From positions 62,372,001 to 62,436,000 of the forward strand of contig CM060734.1 of the NCBI GenBank assembly GCA_030704615.1: a stretch of DNA of 64,000 nt. The letters are read 5' to 3'. The position numbers were made by a program, and so were the translations under genes. This stretch comes from Takakia lepidozioides. Taxonomy: Eukaryota > Plantae > Bryophyta. A model generated the notes under the pieces. It searched no databases, was not told where the DNA came from, and saw only the letters and a list, made by a program, of their open reading frames with translations. Shown here one piece after another: positions 13,077 through 25,727 of the stretch; position 1 is the first letter of the stretch, and every line of letters begins with the position of its first letter.

Positions 13077-13444
13077 GCATTTTTTACTCGTTGACTAGAG
13101 GCCATGGTTTTTGTAACGTGACAACTCTCTCAACAAGGGTAGTGGGTTAAGGCTTTTAACCCACGAGGGTTTGAAACTCAAGTTTCAATGTACATTACTG
13201 TAAAGCACGATGTTGAAACCAGATTCTCCCCAATACAGGCATTGTCATAGTCGTACTTTCGCAAGTTCTCAGTTGGACGAATTTGCATCTGTGCTTTCTG
13301 CGGCACGGGTACCACCTCACCTTTCTCCTGTTCAACTAAGAACATGTGTAATGAAGTTTGAAGAGGGAATGTAATCCTTTCCAATATATGGAAAGGCCCG
13401 ATGATATGAAGTTTGACACACTTTAGGCATCTGTTGGCCTGCCA

Positions 13445-16400
13445 GTTTCAAGAATTCAATGCATACTGTTTAGTAGGAAAGGTACATACTTTCAGCGTAT
13501 ATTTCACTTTGAATATTTGCAGAGTTCATTTTTGCCCAAGGAGATGCAATGGTTTGGTAATAACTTGTCACAGCTGGATGCTGAAGGGTATGAACTGTGT
13601 TGCAGAAGGTGACGGTGTTGACAGGAGCTGGCATATCAGCAGAATCAGGGATTCCCACATTTCGCGGTGCAGGGGGCCTATGGCGCAATTTCGATGCCAC
13701 AGTAAGTCTCCTAAACATGAAATTCAGTTTTGGGTATGTACATGACCCCTTGCTGCATTTTTCAAAGATCAATCGAAGCACTCTGGCCTTCATCATCCCT
13801 TCCAATCACATTTCTGTTCTGGAATTGTTCACATTATTCAGTCGTTTTAGTATGATGTGAATGCTTGATCAAACCTGTGACCAGGTCGTTTCCCACAATG
13901 CGGAGCACAACAGTGGTCGGTCTCCATCAGGGGTATATTACTAACAATCAATGAGTACTGCTTACCTCTGCCTTTGCAGTAGATAAATGTAATGGGACAG
14001 ATCTGACATTTCTATCTATTTCTGTGAAGGAGCTGGCAACGCCAGCTGCATTTGCTGGGAATCCCTCCCTTGTCTGGGAGTTTTACCACTACCGCAGGTA
14101 TCCTTTCCTCAACGGTCTTCTATGTCATGCTTGTTTTGATGCTGTGCCTATATAGTATTATTTTCCCATCTCTTAAGACACATCCCCAAATGGCTTCTGA
14201 ATGCAGAGGGAGGAGAGAGAGAGTTCATGTTACGTCTGGACCTTTGGATAAAGGCTGTGCTGAACTGACCTTTGGGCACAGCCTTCATCCAAAGCTGTGC
14301 TGACTGACCTCATGGTAAGATGTAGGCATAGTTTCACTAGACCAATGACCTTCTCATGGATGCTGGTAATCATCATTCTCATCACTCTGAGTCAAAGGAA
14401 TCTAGAGATATGGTCAGCTTAGGGTGTGGATTAAAGGAGGTGGGGGTGGTTGGCAGACGTATTGTGGCAGCGGCTGCACCAAATGCTGGCCATTATGCAG
14501 TGGCAGCATTGCAACGGCGGTGTGAACGTGAGAGCAAACTGTTCACCCTTTTAACTCAGGTATGATAGCTTTACTCTGGTTATCTCAGGTAATGAAATCA
14601 ACAAGGGCAAGTTGATCCCCTGAGAGGTAGTCGCTTGTGTTTGTGGTCACAGTGATCTCATGTTCTATTCTGCTTGAAGGAATACTTGGTGGATTAACTT
14701 GGGCTTGTTCTATCTAAGTTTGAAACCTCAGCATAGGGAAGAAAACTGAAGTTGCCAATCGACCCTGGGAGTGCAGAATATTGATGGGCTGCACATGAAG
14801 GCGGGCAGCTCCGATGTTGTGGAGTTGCATGGCTCGATGTGGAAGACCCGCTGTTGTAATTGCAATGATGTGCAAGTCAATGTGGATATGCCTATTTGTC
14901 CTGCCCTTGATGGGAAGGTTGGTTGGATTCTACCTAGTTCCCTTATGCTCTGCTCATGCTGCCACCCTGTGTCTGCTTACAAGTAGGGAAAGCAAACTGT
15001 CTCATTTTAACAGCCTGCCATTTTGGAGTTTTGACCTCCTTTTTGCAGTACTTGTGGTTTCCAGTGTGTTGGCTATTAATTAGCCCTGAGAGGGTTAACC
15101 CCAGCATTGGCAAGCGTCAACTGCAGCAATCACAATGGTGCTGAGAACAATCTGCTGCAGGGAATTTGTTTGTCCATTTCAGTTCTATGACATCATACTG
15201 GAAAGCAAGATGTAGATCAAAGCACTTCTATTGTGGACATCTACCGTTCCAATGCTAGACATAGAATGTACTCACAAGACGTTTTTTGCCGTAGCCTTGT
15301 GGCCATTGACCCCGCGCCCAGTTTGAGCGGAACTTGTGAGGGACCGAACCTACCTTTGTCAGGGAGTGCTAGACATAGAGTAGGGACCAGAGGCAGGTCT
15401 GTGCTAAATTCCTGCCTGTTCATCACCCCTGGGGTCTATCAAGTTATGTGGACTGGGAAATGATGAATTTTCCTGCTACATGCGATGTAGGGGGTTCCGG
15501 ATTCAATTTCAGAAGAGGCAAATATTCCATGGATGCAACTGCCGCGTTGCCAAAAGTGCAATGGTTTGCTGCGACCACACGTTGTATGGTTCGGGGAGTG
15601 TCTGGATGAGAGCATAATGGAACGGAGTCATGGTGCATTAGAGGGCTGTGACTTGCTGGTGGTGGTGGGCACTTCAGCGGTAGTTCAGGTATGGAGCTTA
15701 CTTGCTCAAAGCCCGCAATGATGACTCCTTATTACAGGCTTGAATATATACTAGTGGAAGAAAATTGGTATGTGCTGGAGCTAGCGATATAGCAGGTGAG
15801 CTAGAAACAATCTTTGCTGATAGGGAGTACAACAGTGATTGTGTGTGCTTTCCGGCACCAGGTACGACTATTCCACCTGTTCTGATGGTTGAAGTCCATA
15901 GCATTCCAGGGCAGACCCTTGAGTGGGACTACAGTCCTATTTGCCAGATTAAAGATGGCAGTTATGTGCAACAACGTTTTCTTATTGACCATGGCTATGT
16001 TCAGGGCTGCGCCTACTTGACTGTGGGCAAGATCCTGACAAATATTTTATGCATCTAGGCAGATATCTTTTCAACGTATTTAGATGTGTTGAATAGAGCT
16101 CTGGGTATCCTTAGCTCCTTGCTGATGCTTGGGTCTGTTTCTTGTTGGGTGGGTGCAGCCAGCGGCGGGTTTCGCTCCCATTGTGAAGGCTTACGGTGGT
16201 TCAGTTGCAGAATTTAACATAGAGGACACTCCCATTAGTTACAATTGCCGGTATGTTGGACACCATAATCTGAATGAGAATTGAGCAGAATTTAAGGCTT
16301 ACTACAGGACATCGCAATTTTCTCTCGAGTATGGTGTCTGCCATCCCCTGAAACGGCAGCCAAATTGACCTTGTAACTGGATGGTTCATGGCTGTGCATG

Positions 16401-16652
16401 ATAGATGTATCATTTCATATTTTGGTCAACTGACAATGTGTAAAGTGAACATTGGCCTGCAGCAAAGCCATAGTTCACCCTGAGCTGTCCACGGTCTCAG
16501 CCATGCAGTCATGCCTAGAAATGGACACTTTGATATTGCCTGTTGCTGAGTGATGATGGCGTGGATTTTGCAGGTTCAAGTTCCAGGGGCCCTCTGCTGT
16601 GGCGCTACCGGCAGCTTTGGGCATTCAGGCCGATGAGTTGGCTGAAATCTAA
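13445..16652 (+). CDS. SIRT5: Class III sirtuin (SIRT5/CobB-like NAD-dependent protein deacylase), multi-exon; 5' end not resolved
   Basis: Exons encode [27 protein letters not shown] (~13606-13701), [23 protein letters not shown] (~14030-14097), [69 protein letters not shown], and [12 protein letters not shown]...TAA at 16652. Confidence 0.92.
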
Positions 16653-17710
16653 AGCTGCAAGTTCAGCACCAGAAGGTCCTGGGACAATGATGGAAAGGTC
16701 TAGAGAAGACGATTGAACTTGGACATGTAGATCTATAGATATGAGGATGGAGTGTATGTGCCCTTACAGCAGATGAGAATCATCAGACCCTGAAGTGAAC
16801 GATCAATCACGAGGGATTATGCTGCGTGGTGGGTCCATATTTGTAACATGGATTCCAATCGTACTAACCATGGGTTTTAAACCCACCATGCTCATCCAAT
16901 CTCACCACAGGGACCTCTTGTCTGCTTTGGGGCCCATCAACTCTTGCAGCAGAGAATTGAATCTGCAAAATCTATTTTGACAATACAGTGGGCATACAGA
17001 CTCCAGGCAATGGCAGCAGTTTCGCAATCTCAGCTGGAAGTGCTAATTTGTCTTGGCAGTATTGTAGTCCTTTTGTGAGCATTGATTGACCCCCGTTTAC
17101 GAAAGCAGTTCCATCACATGATCCGTGAAAATCCTCCCATCACAACCTTGAATTCCAGAATTTTGCAAGACAACAGAACCTGGTTTATTTATATCATAAC
17201 TCATCTTTCTTCTGCCTCCCTGACCCCTATCAAGTTGGGTGGCTGCTTAAGAAAACTTAGTGACACAATCACTTTCAAAATCCTTAATGTAAGGCATTGT
17301 CATTATTAGGCACGCAAGAGGTAACATTAGTCTACTAAATCCCTGCAAAGAGCAGTGGCATCCACCTGCCACATATCACTTGTAAGCAAAATAATTCCTT
17401 CGCTCGCATGCCTTGAATTGTTATACATTGTCACTCTTATTCAGGAGTTTGCCCCAGATTTTGAGAATTTCGGGATCCTATGTCCAGCCCCCTGATACAC
17501 AACAGCTGTGTGAAAACCAGAGACCTTGAGAAGGAATCCCCACTTGATTTGTATACACCTCTCAAGCTTGTGATGATGCCTGGCTTCAGCAACCTGTTGG
17601 GCGAGGGTTCATGCTTTCTTTAGGAAGCAGGGTTGGCACTCCACCTTCATAGACCTATTGGGAGCATTGCTGATAGGATTGCCCTGGTTTGATAACATCA
17701 ATGGCACAGC

Positions 17711-19037
17711 CTAGAAGTTCAAGTTTTCATAGGCAAAGCGTTCATTATATAGTTGCCAGTGTCCATACCGGGGTGCATTGCTACCACTCAAGACTGGCTT
17801 ACAAAACACTCTCAAGTCAGTCAAACTTCTGGCAGCATCAGCTAAACCCTCCCTAGTCAGATTAGGACAACCCACTAAATCCAGGTGCTGTAATTGTACA
17901 CAGCACCTGACAATCAAAGCTAAACCTGCATCTGATAGGCTGGAGTTTCGCAACTCCAGATGTGTCAGGTGTGGCATGAAAGAGGCCAGTGTTCGGGCCT
18001 CTTCATCACCACTCTGCAATGCAATGACTTGAGCAAGGGCTCCTGGCAGCATGCTACGGAACCTCCAATCTGCCGCCGCATCCAGCCTGTTCCGTTTGAG
18101 CATTCTGAGTGCCTGGCAATGCTGCCCAAAGAGCTGCAAAGAGGACACTGTAATGCAGGGGCACTCACTAATGTCCAATTCTTCCAGCTGGGTACAGATG
18201 GTGGCAATGAGCCCTGCACCAGTGTCTGTCACTCCCGGGCTGGTCTTCATACCAAGCCTGCGCAGCCCTGGGCACCTGCATTCTCACACACCCCACGCCA
18301 CTGCTCCCTCAATAAAACTTGGAACATCTCCCCATTCACTGTTTTCTTTCTGTCCCGCCAATAAAACAACTGTGACTGGGAGATTTCAGACAATTTGGTC
18401 CCGGGGTGGTTACCCGCAAAATAACCTACCCACTATGCCCATACCATTCGCATTGACGTCACCATGGTGCCTAGGCACAAGATCGGTTCTAGATTCCATG
18501 CGGGGGAAGATGAAATGTTCATGGTCTCGCAGTGATAACTTTCAAAATATACTCCACCCGCAAAGCTTACATGTCATTACACTCCAAGGAATCCTCAACC
18601 CAACATCTAAGGATAGAAACGCAGGCATGATCAACCAACATACCAACAAACACAGTTGGGGGCGGCGATGAGATTGAGACTGGACGAGATGGGTACCTTG
18701 GAACAAGGTAGGAGAGTGCAGCATCACAGCAATGGCTAGTGTTCAAGCGACAGAGCCGGCCGCGGCTCCGGTCCACCACCAGCTGTAGCATGCTGGTCAT
18801 CTTTGCATCAAAGGCAGGCTGCCACCATTCGGTACTCTGCTGCCTCTGCTCAAAGCAGACAGACATATCCAATTGCTCCCAGCAGCATGGGTCACGGGAA
18901 GCAAGCAGCCAGGCCTTACACACCAGCGGTACTGTTCTATATCGATCCTCGAAAGGCAGCCTTCGAAACACTTCCACCAACCCTTCCTGCGTCATCTGCG
19001 CCCATGATTTCGTGCCCGCCATCGCTGCCATCTCCAT
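17711..19037 (-). CDS. SKIP1: F-box/LRR protein, SKIP1-like (two exons: ~19037-18697 and ~18275-17711)
   Basis: F-box (WAQMTQEGLVEVFRRLPFEDRYRTVPLVCKAW), LRRs (LEELDISECPCIT, LQHLDLVGCPNLT) and C-terminal RYGHWQLYNERF, resembling plant SKIP1; GT-AG intron. Confidence 0.85.
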
Positions 19038-19141
19038 CCCGGCACTCCACTCCACTCCTCTCCTCTACACTCTCGCTAAGATCTACGCAACACAATCGCA
19101 CGTGTGAAAGAATGGGTGTGTACAGTCGGCCCTCTCTTCTC

Positions 19142-20790
19142 TTTTTTTTTTTTCAGAGATTTGAAAATCTGCCTAGAGCTGAAAGGATAGTTCTAACATA
19201 GTCAAGGAGGACAGTGTAGCAAGTCCACAACGAACTAAGCTAGAAGATGTAGACCAATATTGCAACCAACTCCTAGCTAGAATCGGAGCTTGGCTTTGAA
19301 CTTTGGATCCTTGGAGCGTAAGTGACGCCAGTTGCGGTCTCCCTCGTCACCTTCAACAGGGGTCTTGCCATTGGTCGGGGACGGAGTCTTTCCATCGAAT
19401 GCTGTCGGAAACACGGGTGCAGAGCAGGCCGCTCTTGCCCCAGGTGAGATCAAAGTCTTGGAGGAGCTGGGTCCTGACGTCATCCGAAGATTTGGAAATA
19501 GCTGCACACAGTGCCACCCAAGCCTTCCTCCCCTCAGTCATCAGGTCAAAGTAGATGTTAAAAAGGGTTGCTCTGATGCTGGGTGGTCTCTTTTCCAAAT
19601 GTTCCAGAGGGTATGGGCCCTAATGCAAGCCAGATTGGCAAGATGATGCTGGCTGGCCAGGTTGACGGTTTAATAAAAACAGAGAGGGAGCTGGTGAGTA
19701 GGGCAGATTCCCCCAATTTGAGTAGAAGCGAACGACCAATCTCCAAACGGTCTGAATCAGGGGACATTGCACTAAGCAATGCTCAATAGATTCCAAGCTC
19801 TGAGCACACAAAGGACAGTGCTGCGGACCTTCCATAGCATTCGCATGCACAGGTAGAATTCTATGGGCCACCTTCCAGAGAAATGCCGAGACCTTGGCCG
19901 CTCTGTTTTTGTTTCCAGATATCCTTCCAAATGCTGGTCCAGTCAGTAGAGTCCTCCAGGGCATGCCTCCATTTCTTCTTCCACTTGGGTAGGAAGGAGC
20001 ATTGAGGGGCAAGTAAGGAGTAGCCTTTCTTAACCGAGTAGGCGAAGAACGGTGACTTGGCCTTGTCCTTCCATGTCCATTCTCCCGGGTCGAACTGCAG
20101 ACCCTGGAGAGGGTGTTTGAGAAACCAGAGAAAAGAATTATTGCTGACCCAGTGGTCGATGTTGCCATCTGGGGGCTGGGGGTTGCAATTCCCATTGCTA
20201 TCGATGACTCTGATTGGAGTCCAGGTGTGAGTACAGACATCCTGCTGTCCTTTGAATTGGAGTAAGTATCCCTGACTTCCCCACAGCGAATGCCAATCCC
20301 GAGGTGAGGTCTCCATTTTGTGAGAGAATCAACATGACTTCAGACCTGGTGTGATTGCAGTCAGCCAGCCACACAGGTAGACTATGATGTGTGCTACTGT
20401 CTCCTAGCAAAGTTACAATGTAGCCAGGAATTTGTTGGTGGATGTTGTCCCATGTCTTGGCTCGCCTAGTTCCAACCAGGGTAGAGACTTCTTGAGCCGA
20501 GATAAAATTCCCATTCTCCCAGATGTTTCCCAGGTGGGTAAAACTATTCCCCTCCCAGTGAGCCCACTTGGGCTTAAGATGGAGCAGGCTTTCAGAGCCA
20601 AGGATGCCATTCCCAAAGATTGGTTGCCTTAGGCATTCGGCCTCGCTCCTCTTTGGGTGATGTTCCCTCTTAGAAGAGTCCAAGCTTTCCATATGGACTG
20701 CCAGGCAGCTGATCCCAGGGAATTTTTCCTAGAATTCCCCTGCACAATCCATCTTAGAGAGGGGGTCCAGAGCTTGGAAGAGCTAGGAAT
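19142..20790 (-). mobile_element. 5'-truncated, frameshifted non-LTR (L1/Tx1-like LINE) retrotransposon: ORF2 3' end with zf-RVT and poly(A) tail
   Basis: KVSAFLWKVAHRILPV...CPLCAQSLESIEHCLVQCP..VW zinc-finger motif, upstream WTSIWKDIWK and RQPIFGN segments, and a T-tract at 19142-19153 that reads as poly(A) on the minus strand. Confidence 0.85.
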
Positions 20791-20831
20791 TGAGAGCAAG
20801 GAAAACATAACATTTACAGATATATAACAAC

Positions 20832-21236
20832 GCCTCTCATTTTACAATAATTGGGACGTTATGGCGCACGCGCGAGCTGACCGGTGGGCGCGAGCATCCG
20901 TGCGCGGGCGCCCGGCTCCCCCCACCTGGACCCCCCCCGCGCATGGTCGCCCACCTGCTGCCGCAGCCCCGCCCGCGCTCCGCTGCGCCCCCAATCCGGC
21001 GCGGCCAGTCCGCCCGCCAGTCCGCTGCCCGTGAGTCCAGTTCCCCTCAGTCCGCCAAACCGCCAGTCTGCCGGCCAGTCTGCTGTGCACGCCAGTCCGC
21101 TGTGCCAGTCCCTGCAAGTCCACCCAACAGTCCGCTGTGCCCGTCTGCTGCCCTGCCAGTCTGCCAGTCTGCCAGTCCGCGCCGGTCGAAGGATCTGGAT
21201 TGTCCATTATGAGAAACCCATCCGCGCCATCCATGC
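20832..21236 (+). repeat. Left terminal inverted repeat of the MULE (~400 bp, GC-rich)
   Basis: Inverted match to 61523-61897, extending to atccgcgccatccatg / catggatggcgcggat. Confidence 0.93.
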
Positions 21237-21524
21237 CAGTCCGCTGTGCCAGTCCCGGCCAACAGTCCACCCAACAGTCTGCCCGCCAGTCCGTCGCCCA
21301 TGAGTCCGCTTTCCTCCAGTCCACTGATGATGCCGCATCTAGACCATCCGTTCGCAAATGCCATCTGAGCCCTCCATTTTTAGGGCATGAATTCTAAGCC
21401 GCCTGCCACTTACCAGCAGTCGCGAACGTGCGCACTGATGCTCCTTGCACGTTGTCCATCGTGTCTAGTGTACTGCGGCGCGTTTCTTGCAGGTTCTGAA
21501 GCGTGTCCTCTGTACTGTACAGGG

Positions 21525-21935
21525 CATGGACGTGGAAGCAGAAGGTGATGATATACTAAAAACGGGATGCTGGATTATACGGCCTCTTCGACAAAGTTTG
21601 CAAACACCCAAACAGGACCCTTCAACACGAAGGACCTCCAATGGAAGAGAGACACGCAATATGGTTATATGGGTGCCAGACAGAATGTTCTGAAGGCCTG
21701 CATACCGTGGGATAGAGTTGATGACTTTTTCCTTGGAGAGGAGAGTTTGGTGGACTACCCCACTCAGTTTTGGGTGAATGTCCATACTAAAGTGCAACCC
21801 ATGCACCACACATTAGCGAGGAATCGAAAGCATGGGTCATGGAGTGTCTGTGCCGAGGCCTGTCAGTCGCCCAAATCATGATAAGGAATTGATGAAGAGA
21901 CAGTTTGTGCCCCTCAACGCGTCCTGGCTTGCCCC
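21525..21935 (+). pseudogene. Probable 5' part of the MULE transposase gene, cut by the retroelement insertion at 21936
   Basis: Frameshifted ORF just inside the left TIR (MDVEAEGDDIL.../...ACIPWDRVDDFFLGEE), on the same strand as the SWIM transposase at 52-53 kb. Assignment is by position. Confidence 0.5.
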
Positions 21936-22929
21936 TGTCAAGTTAAATAAGCACAGTGTGAAAACAGCTAGAATAAAACTAGTTATTTGTATTTAACACT
22001 TGGATTTAGGTCAAGTGTTAAATCAGGTGTCAAGTTTAGTTTGACACCTGGTCCGTCTTATCTTCACGAGAGCGGCAGTCGCGCAGCTCATCTCTCTCGA
22101 GTTGAGCCTGTGCGACCGAGCTCCTGCATGCGTTTAGATTTGAGTGTGCTTATGTAGGGGTACAGGTTGTTGTGGGGTGGAGTCCCCATAGCTTGGGGTG
22201 CCCCTGGCTCGACTACTATTTCTAAGAGTGATGGTTTGTTTTCATGTTTTGTGTCAACAATGTGTTCGTTGGATTTCTATCACTCGAGAGAGATGCTCTC
22301 TTACCTGTGAGTGCAAGGTAGGAGTTGAGGGTTAGCACTTGCAAGATTACCTGCGTATAAGTAGTGCTTAGTTTGAGAAGCATATCATTGAATGTGACCA
22401 CAAGATTCAGCGTGCCTTGAAACGCCTGGAGGATGACGATGCTAGAGCCGCCACTGTTATTGCAGTCGCTGAAGCTACCAAGTCACTAGAGGCTTTGGGG
22501 TACACAAGGAGATACTTAAAAATGCAGTAGCAAATGCTAGTTGGCACCTATGCATGATCCTTGAAGCTGGATGATCGTTTCACCAGTAAGCTTATAGAGG
22601 AGCCTGCTGTTGCAATTGTTTCTTGTATCGGGGTCGGTCTTGGACCAAAATTTAGCTTCAGCTTCTTTGTCAATCATTTGCTTTGATCATGCAAGAGCGC
22701 CATGCAGCGGGTTAAGGGGCAGGGCTATGGAGCAGAAAAGCGGCATCCTCTTCACAATGCGCAGAGGACGGAGTTCCGTGTATATGGTTGCTATGGAGCC
22801 TCGCCAACAGCAGAACTTTGCGCTTTCCGTTCTTGGGGTTGCTGCATTGTATGCGCCCTAGGATCCGGGCTTGGAATTGCCTTCTGACCAATTCAGCAGA
22901 AACGAACGACGAACGTACTCTGGCCTGAT

Positions 22930-23678
22930 TCCCTACAGTAAGCAGGAGATATATAGCTCAACGCCATCAACGAGTACACCCAAGGAGGTTGTACACCACA
23001 GCAAGTGCCGTCAGAATCTTGTCGCCGGAGGATCGAGGCCAAGCAGCATACGATGGCCACCTCACGGCCAGGCTTGGAACGGCTCTTACCATACCATATG
23101 AGGAACTTGTCGAAATAGAGGAAAAAACTTTCACAGACATGTCTGGCGAGATTTGAAAGAGTAGTTTTCTTGCTTTGACGTTGTTTCATGTCCTCTGGTT
23201 CATGGAGCTCATGACAACAAAAGTCGAGCGGCAGCGGACGTACTGGGCGCCGAGCAGAAAGGATGGTCAGGGGGACGACTGTTTCCCTTGCCCAGCAGCT
23301 AAAGTCGTAAAGATTGAAATCCACCATGTTCAGAAATCCATTTTCGAGCCGCTACCATGGATGCTTCATTGGGTTGGGATCCTGACGCTTTTAAGGCCAC
23401 ATAACACTTGACGGTGGTGCTAAGGTCACCTGCAGGAGCTTCATGATAAGTGTCCTAGGATCCGTTAGTTCTTTGCAGGCTCCGAATGCAACGCACGACT
23501 TTTTCTTTCTTTGGGTCATCTGTAACGCCCAGGAAATGCATAGCCAGAATCCACTCCGCTTCCATTGTACAGCCTGATTCGACCTGGCCCGCCCAATAGC
23601 CCTCTGGATTCTGCTTACGGAAACTCCAGTCAATTGCATCGTTGATGACCTGATCAAGCGGTGTCGAATCCATGGACT
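22930..23678 (-). pseudogene. Captured squalene-hopene cyclase fragment (N-terminal part, intronless, degenerate)
   Basis: QNPEGYWAGQVESGCTMEAEWILAMHFLG...SLQRTNGS*DTYHEAPAGDLSTTVKCYVALK...ARKWISEHGG, then FNLYDFSCWARETVVPLTIL..RPVRPLP...RQDSDGTCCGVQPPWVYSLMAL. These are characteristic SHC motifs, with a TAG at a conserved W position and an internal deletion. Confidence 0.88.
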
Positions 23679-24259
23679 CGAATGCTCCCATACACCCACT
23701 TCCCTGCAGTAAGCAGTTCACATTCACAAAAGTGCTAGAGTTTCAGCTGCAGGATGGAGACGACGGGTTTGGGAACGGCGGACCCGAGCTACGCTGGGGA
23801 TAGACGGGCAATTCAGGAGCCAGGGCTTTCTCCCCCGTAATTGGAATGGGCCGGGGACCCGCAAGCTCCAGCACAAAGTCCAGTGCTTCCCGCTGGTAAT
23901 CCTCCTCAGTGATTTATCGTTAGCCACCAAGGCCTCGAACAGACTGTGAGTGATCCCTCGCCTGTACATGGCGTCCATAAACATGTCCATAAACATGTCT
24001 TTCCTCCCCCTCTCTTGGTGCGCAAGCCTGCAAGCAATCACGGAATCCACTCTCTTTCACAACAAGACACTACTGAGTGCCACAGTTCCCTTCCTCTCTC
24101 TCTCTCTCTCACTCTCGGTATGCAGAAGACTGGAGCAAGGTGTGAATTATAGGGCACGTGGCCAGGGAACCTAGGAAACCATATAGAGCGTAGGGAACCG
24201 GGAACCAGTTACCAGATAGTTTGGGTGTAACTTTAAATTTTTAAATTTGAAAACCTTAG

Positions 24260-24291
<32 letters not shown>

Positions 24292-24426
24292 AGGGCATTT
24301 TGATCTAATTTAAATGATTTAAAGCCAAATTGGTCATATCTTTGTCAAATGGACTCTGTTTGACCCAGTTTTTGAGGGGATAGCTGCAGAAAGGGGAAAT
24401 CTACCAATCTAGACCTCAATATCGCT

Positions 24427-24972
24427 TTGGACAGTCAGAACTCTGTTGGAGCCAGCAGTTCTGCAGCTGTAAGTGAAATACCAAAGTGGGTGAAAGCTAG
24501 GCTTGGAACACAGCCAAAGACAGCCCGGGGGACCAAGGTGTTCAGCCACAAGGCTGTGGTGTACTGGAGCAGAGGAGCAGGAGCTACACAAGTTTGTGCA
24601 ATCAGACAGCGTTGCAGCCGGACACGCTCTGCACAAGGCAACCACGAGCGGGGGTTCATTAGCAAGGACAAGTTTGTTCTGTTTGAAGGAGATGCAGTCA
24701 TTCGCAATGAGGACACCCGCAACCGTCTCAAAGCTTTCGAGTTGAGAGACTATCAGACTCTACCTTTGTTTTCTTTAGTGTTCAGTGAGCGGGAGATAGC
24801 AGAGTGTTGCTTTGTCTCTACTTGGCAAAAAGAGGAGGAGGGTTGGTTAGAGCGAGCTACTGTAGCTTGGGACAAGGTTAGTGGCAGGTTTCTGGACATA
24901 GATATACCTCCTACACCTTACCATCATGCAGAGCGAGGCACTTTGAGAGAAGTCTGGCAGTTGATAGCATAG
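24427..24972 (+). pseudogene. 5'-deleted copy of the family's extra ORF
   Basis: Near-identical protein to the C-terminal 181 aa of ORF 33344-34039. Confidence 0.85.
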
Positions 24973-25727
24973 ATCAGGATTAGATCTTGCTGGGTCGGGC
25001 TTCTATTCTTCCCCTCCATCTCTGTACTATTTTCATTACCTTGTACTTGTAGTTGCCAAAGCCTCTCTTGGTGGAGGCCAGTCAGTCCGGGGTTTTGAGC
25101 TGGGATATTCCGCAGGATCAGCGTTGCTGCTGGATTTTGGTGTGGGGGTGTTGATGTTTTGATTTCTTGTGTTTGGATCCCCCCCAACACCTGCATGCTT
25201 GACTGTGCGCCATGTTGGTTTTGTGTGGGCGCTTGCTTTCATAGGGATTAGGCCGGATTTGATCACCGGTCAATCCTAGAGTATGCTGTCGGTGGTGAGG
25301 CTGGAGTGATGACCAGCAAGACCACCAGTGTTTCTTCTATGGTGAGGCTAGGTTGATGACCAGCCAACCATAGGAGTTCTTGCGGTGGATGCAGGTGCAG
25401 GTGCCCTGAGCCATTGGGATATGACCCTTAGACTGCAACAGGTGCCCACCCGTGTCACTATTAGATTAGTACTAGAGACTTATAGTGTCACGTGGAGGAG
25501 GTGCACATTGTGAGTGTCATTATGGAGTTACCCAAGGGTTTTGAGGGGAGTACGGCTACAAGCAGTACCAGTGAGAGTGGGTTCACAAGACGAGGTATTC
25601 GGTTCAGACCACCTTCACCGCCACCCTCAACTACTGTAGAGTCAGACACAGACTCGGAGGCTTCATCAACAGGTGTGCAGTTTCATTCGCCATTGTTGTG
25701 GGACGACATGGAGGAGATGTATGGAGA

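Larger units (their letters stand above)
21936..25727 (+). mobile_element. Copy 3 of the split-repeat DNMT-Gypsy family: 5' fragment only (A1 repeat, leader, cargo, extra ORF, start of gag)
   Basis: Starts TGTCAAGTTAAATAAGCAC at 21936. 24300-25727 is homologous to 33040-34787 with an internal deletion. Gag is cut after PLLWDDMEEMYG. Confidence 0.9.

Noticed and set aside
10700-13400. Short ORFs between the U-box and sirtuin genes
   Set aside because: No recognisable domains; probably UTR, intron or intergenic sequence, though the unresolved sirtuin 5' exon may lie here.
20842-21397. GC-rich ORFs in the MULE TIRs (mirrored at 61634-61892)
   Set aside because: They are low-complexity translations of TIR repeats.
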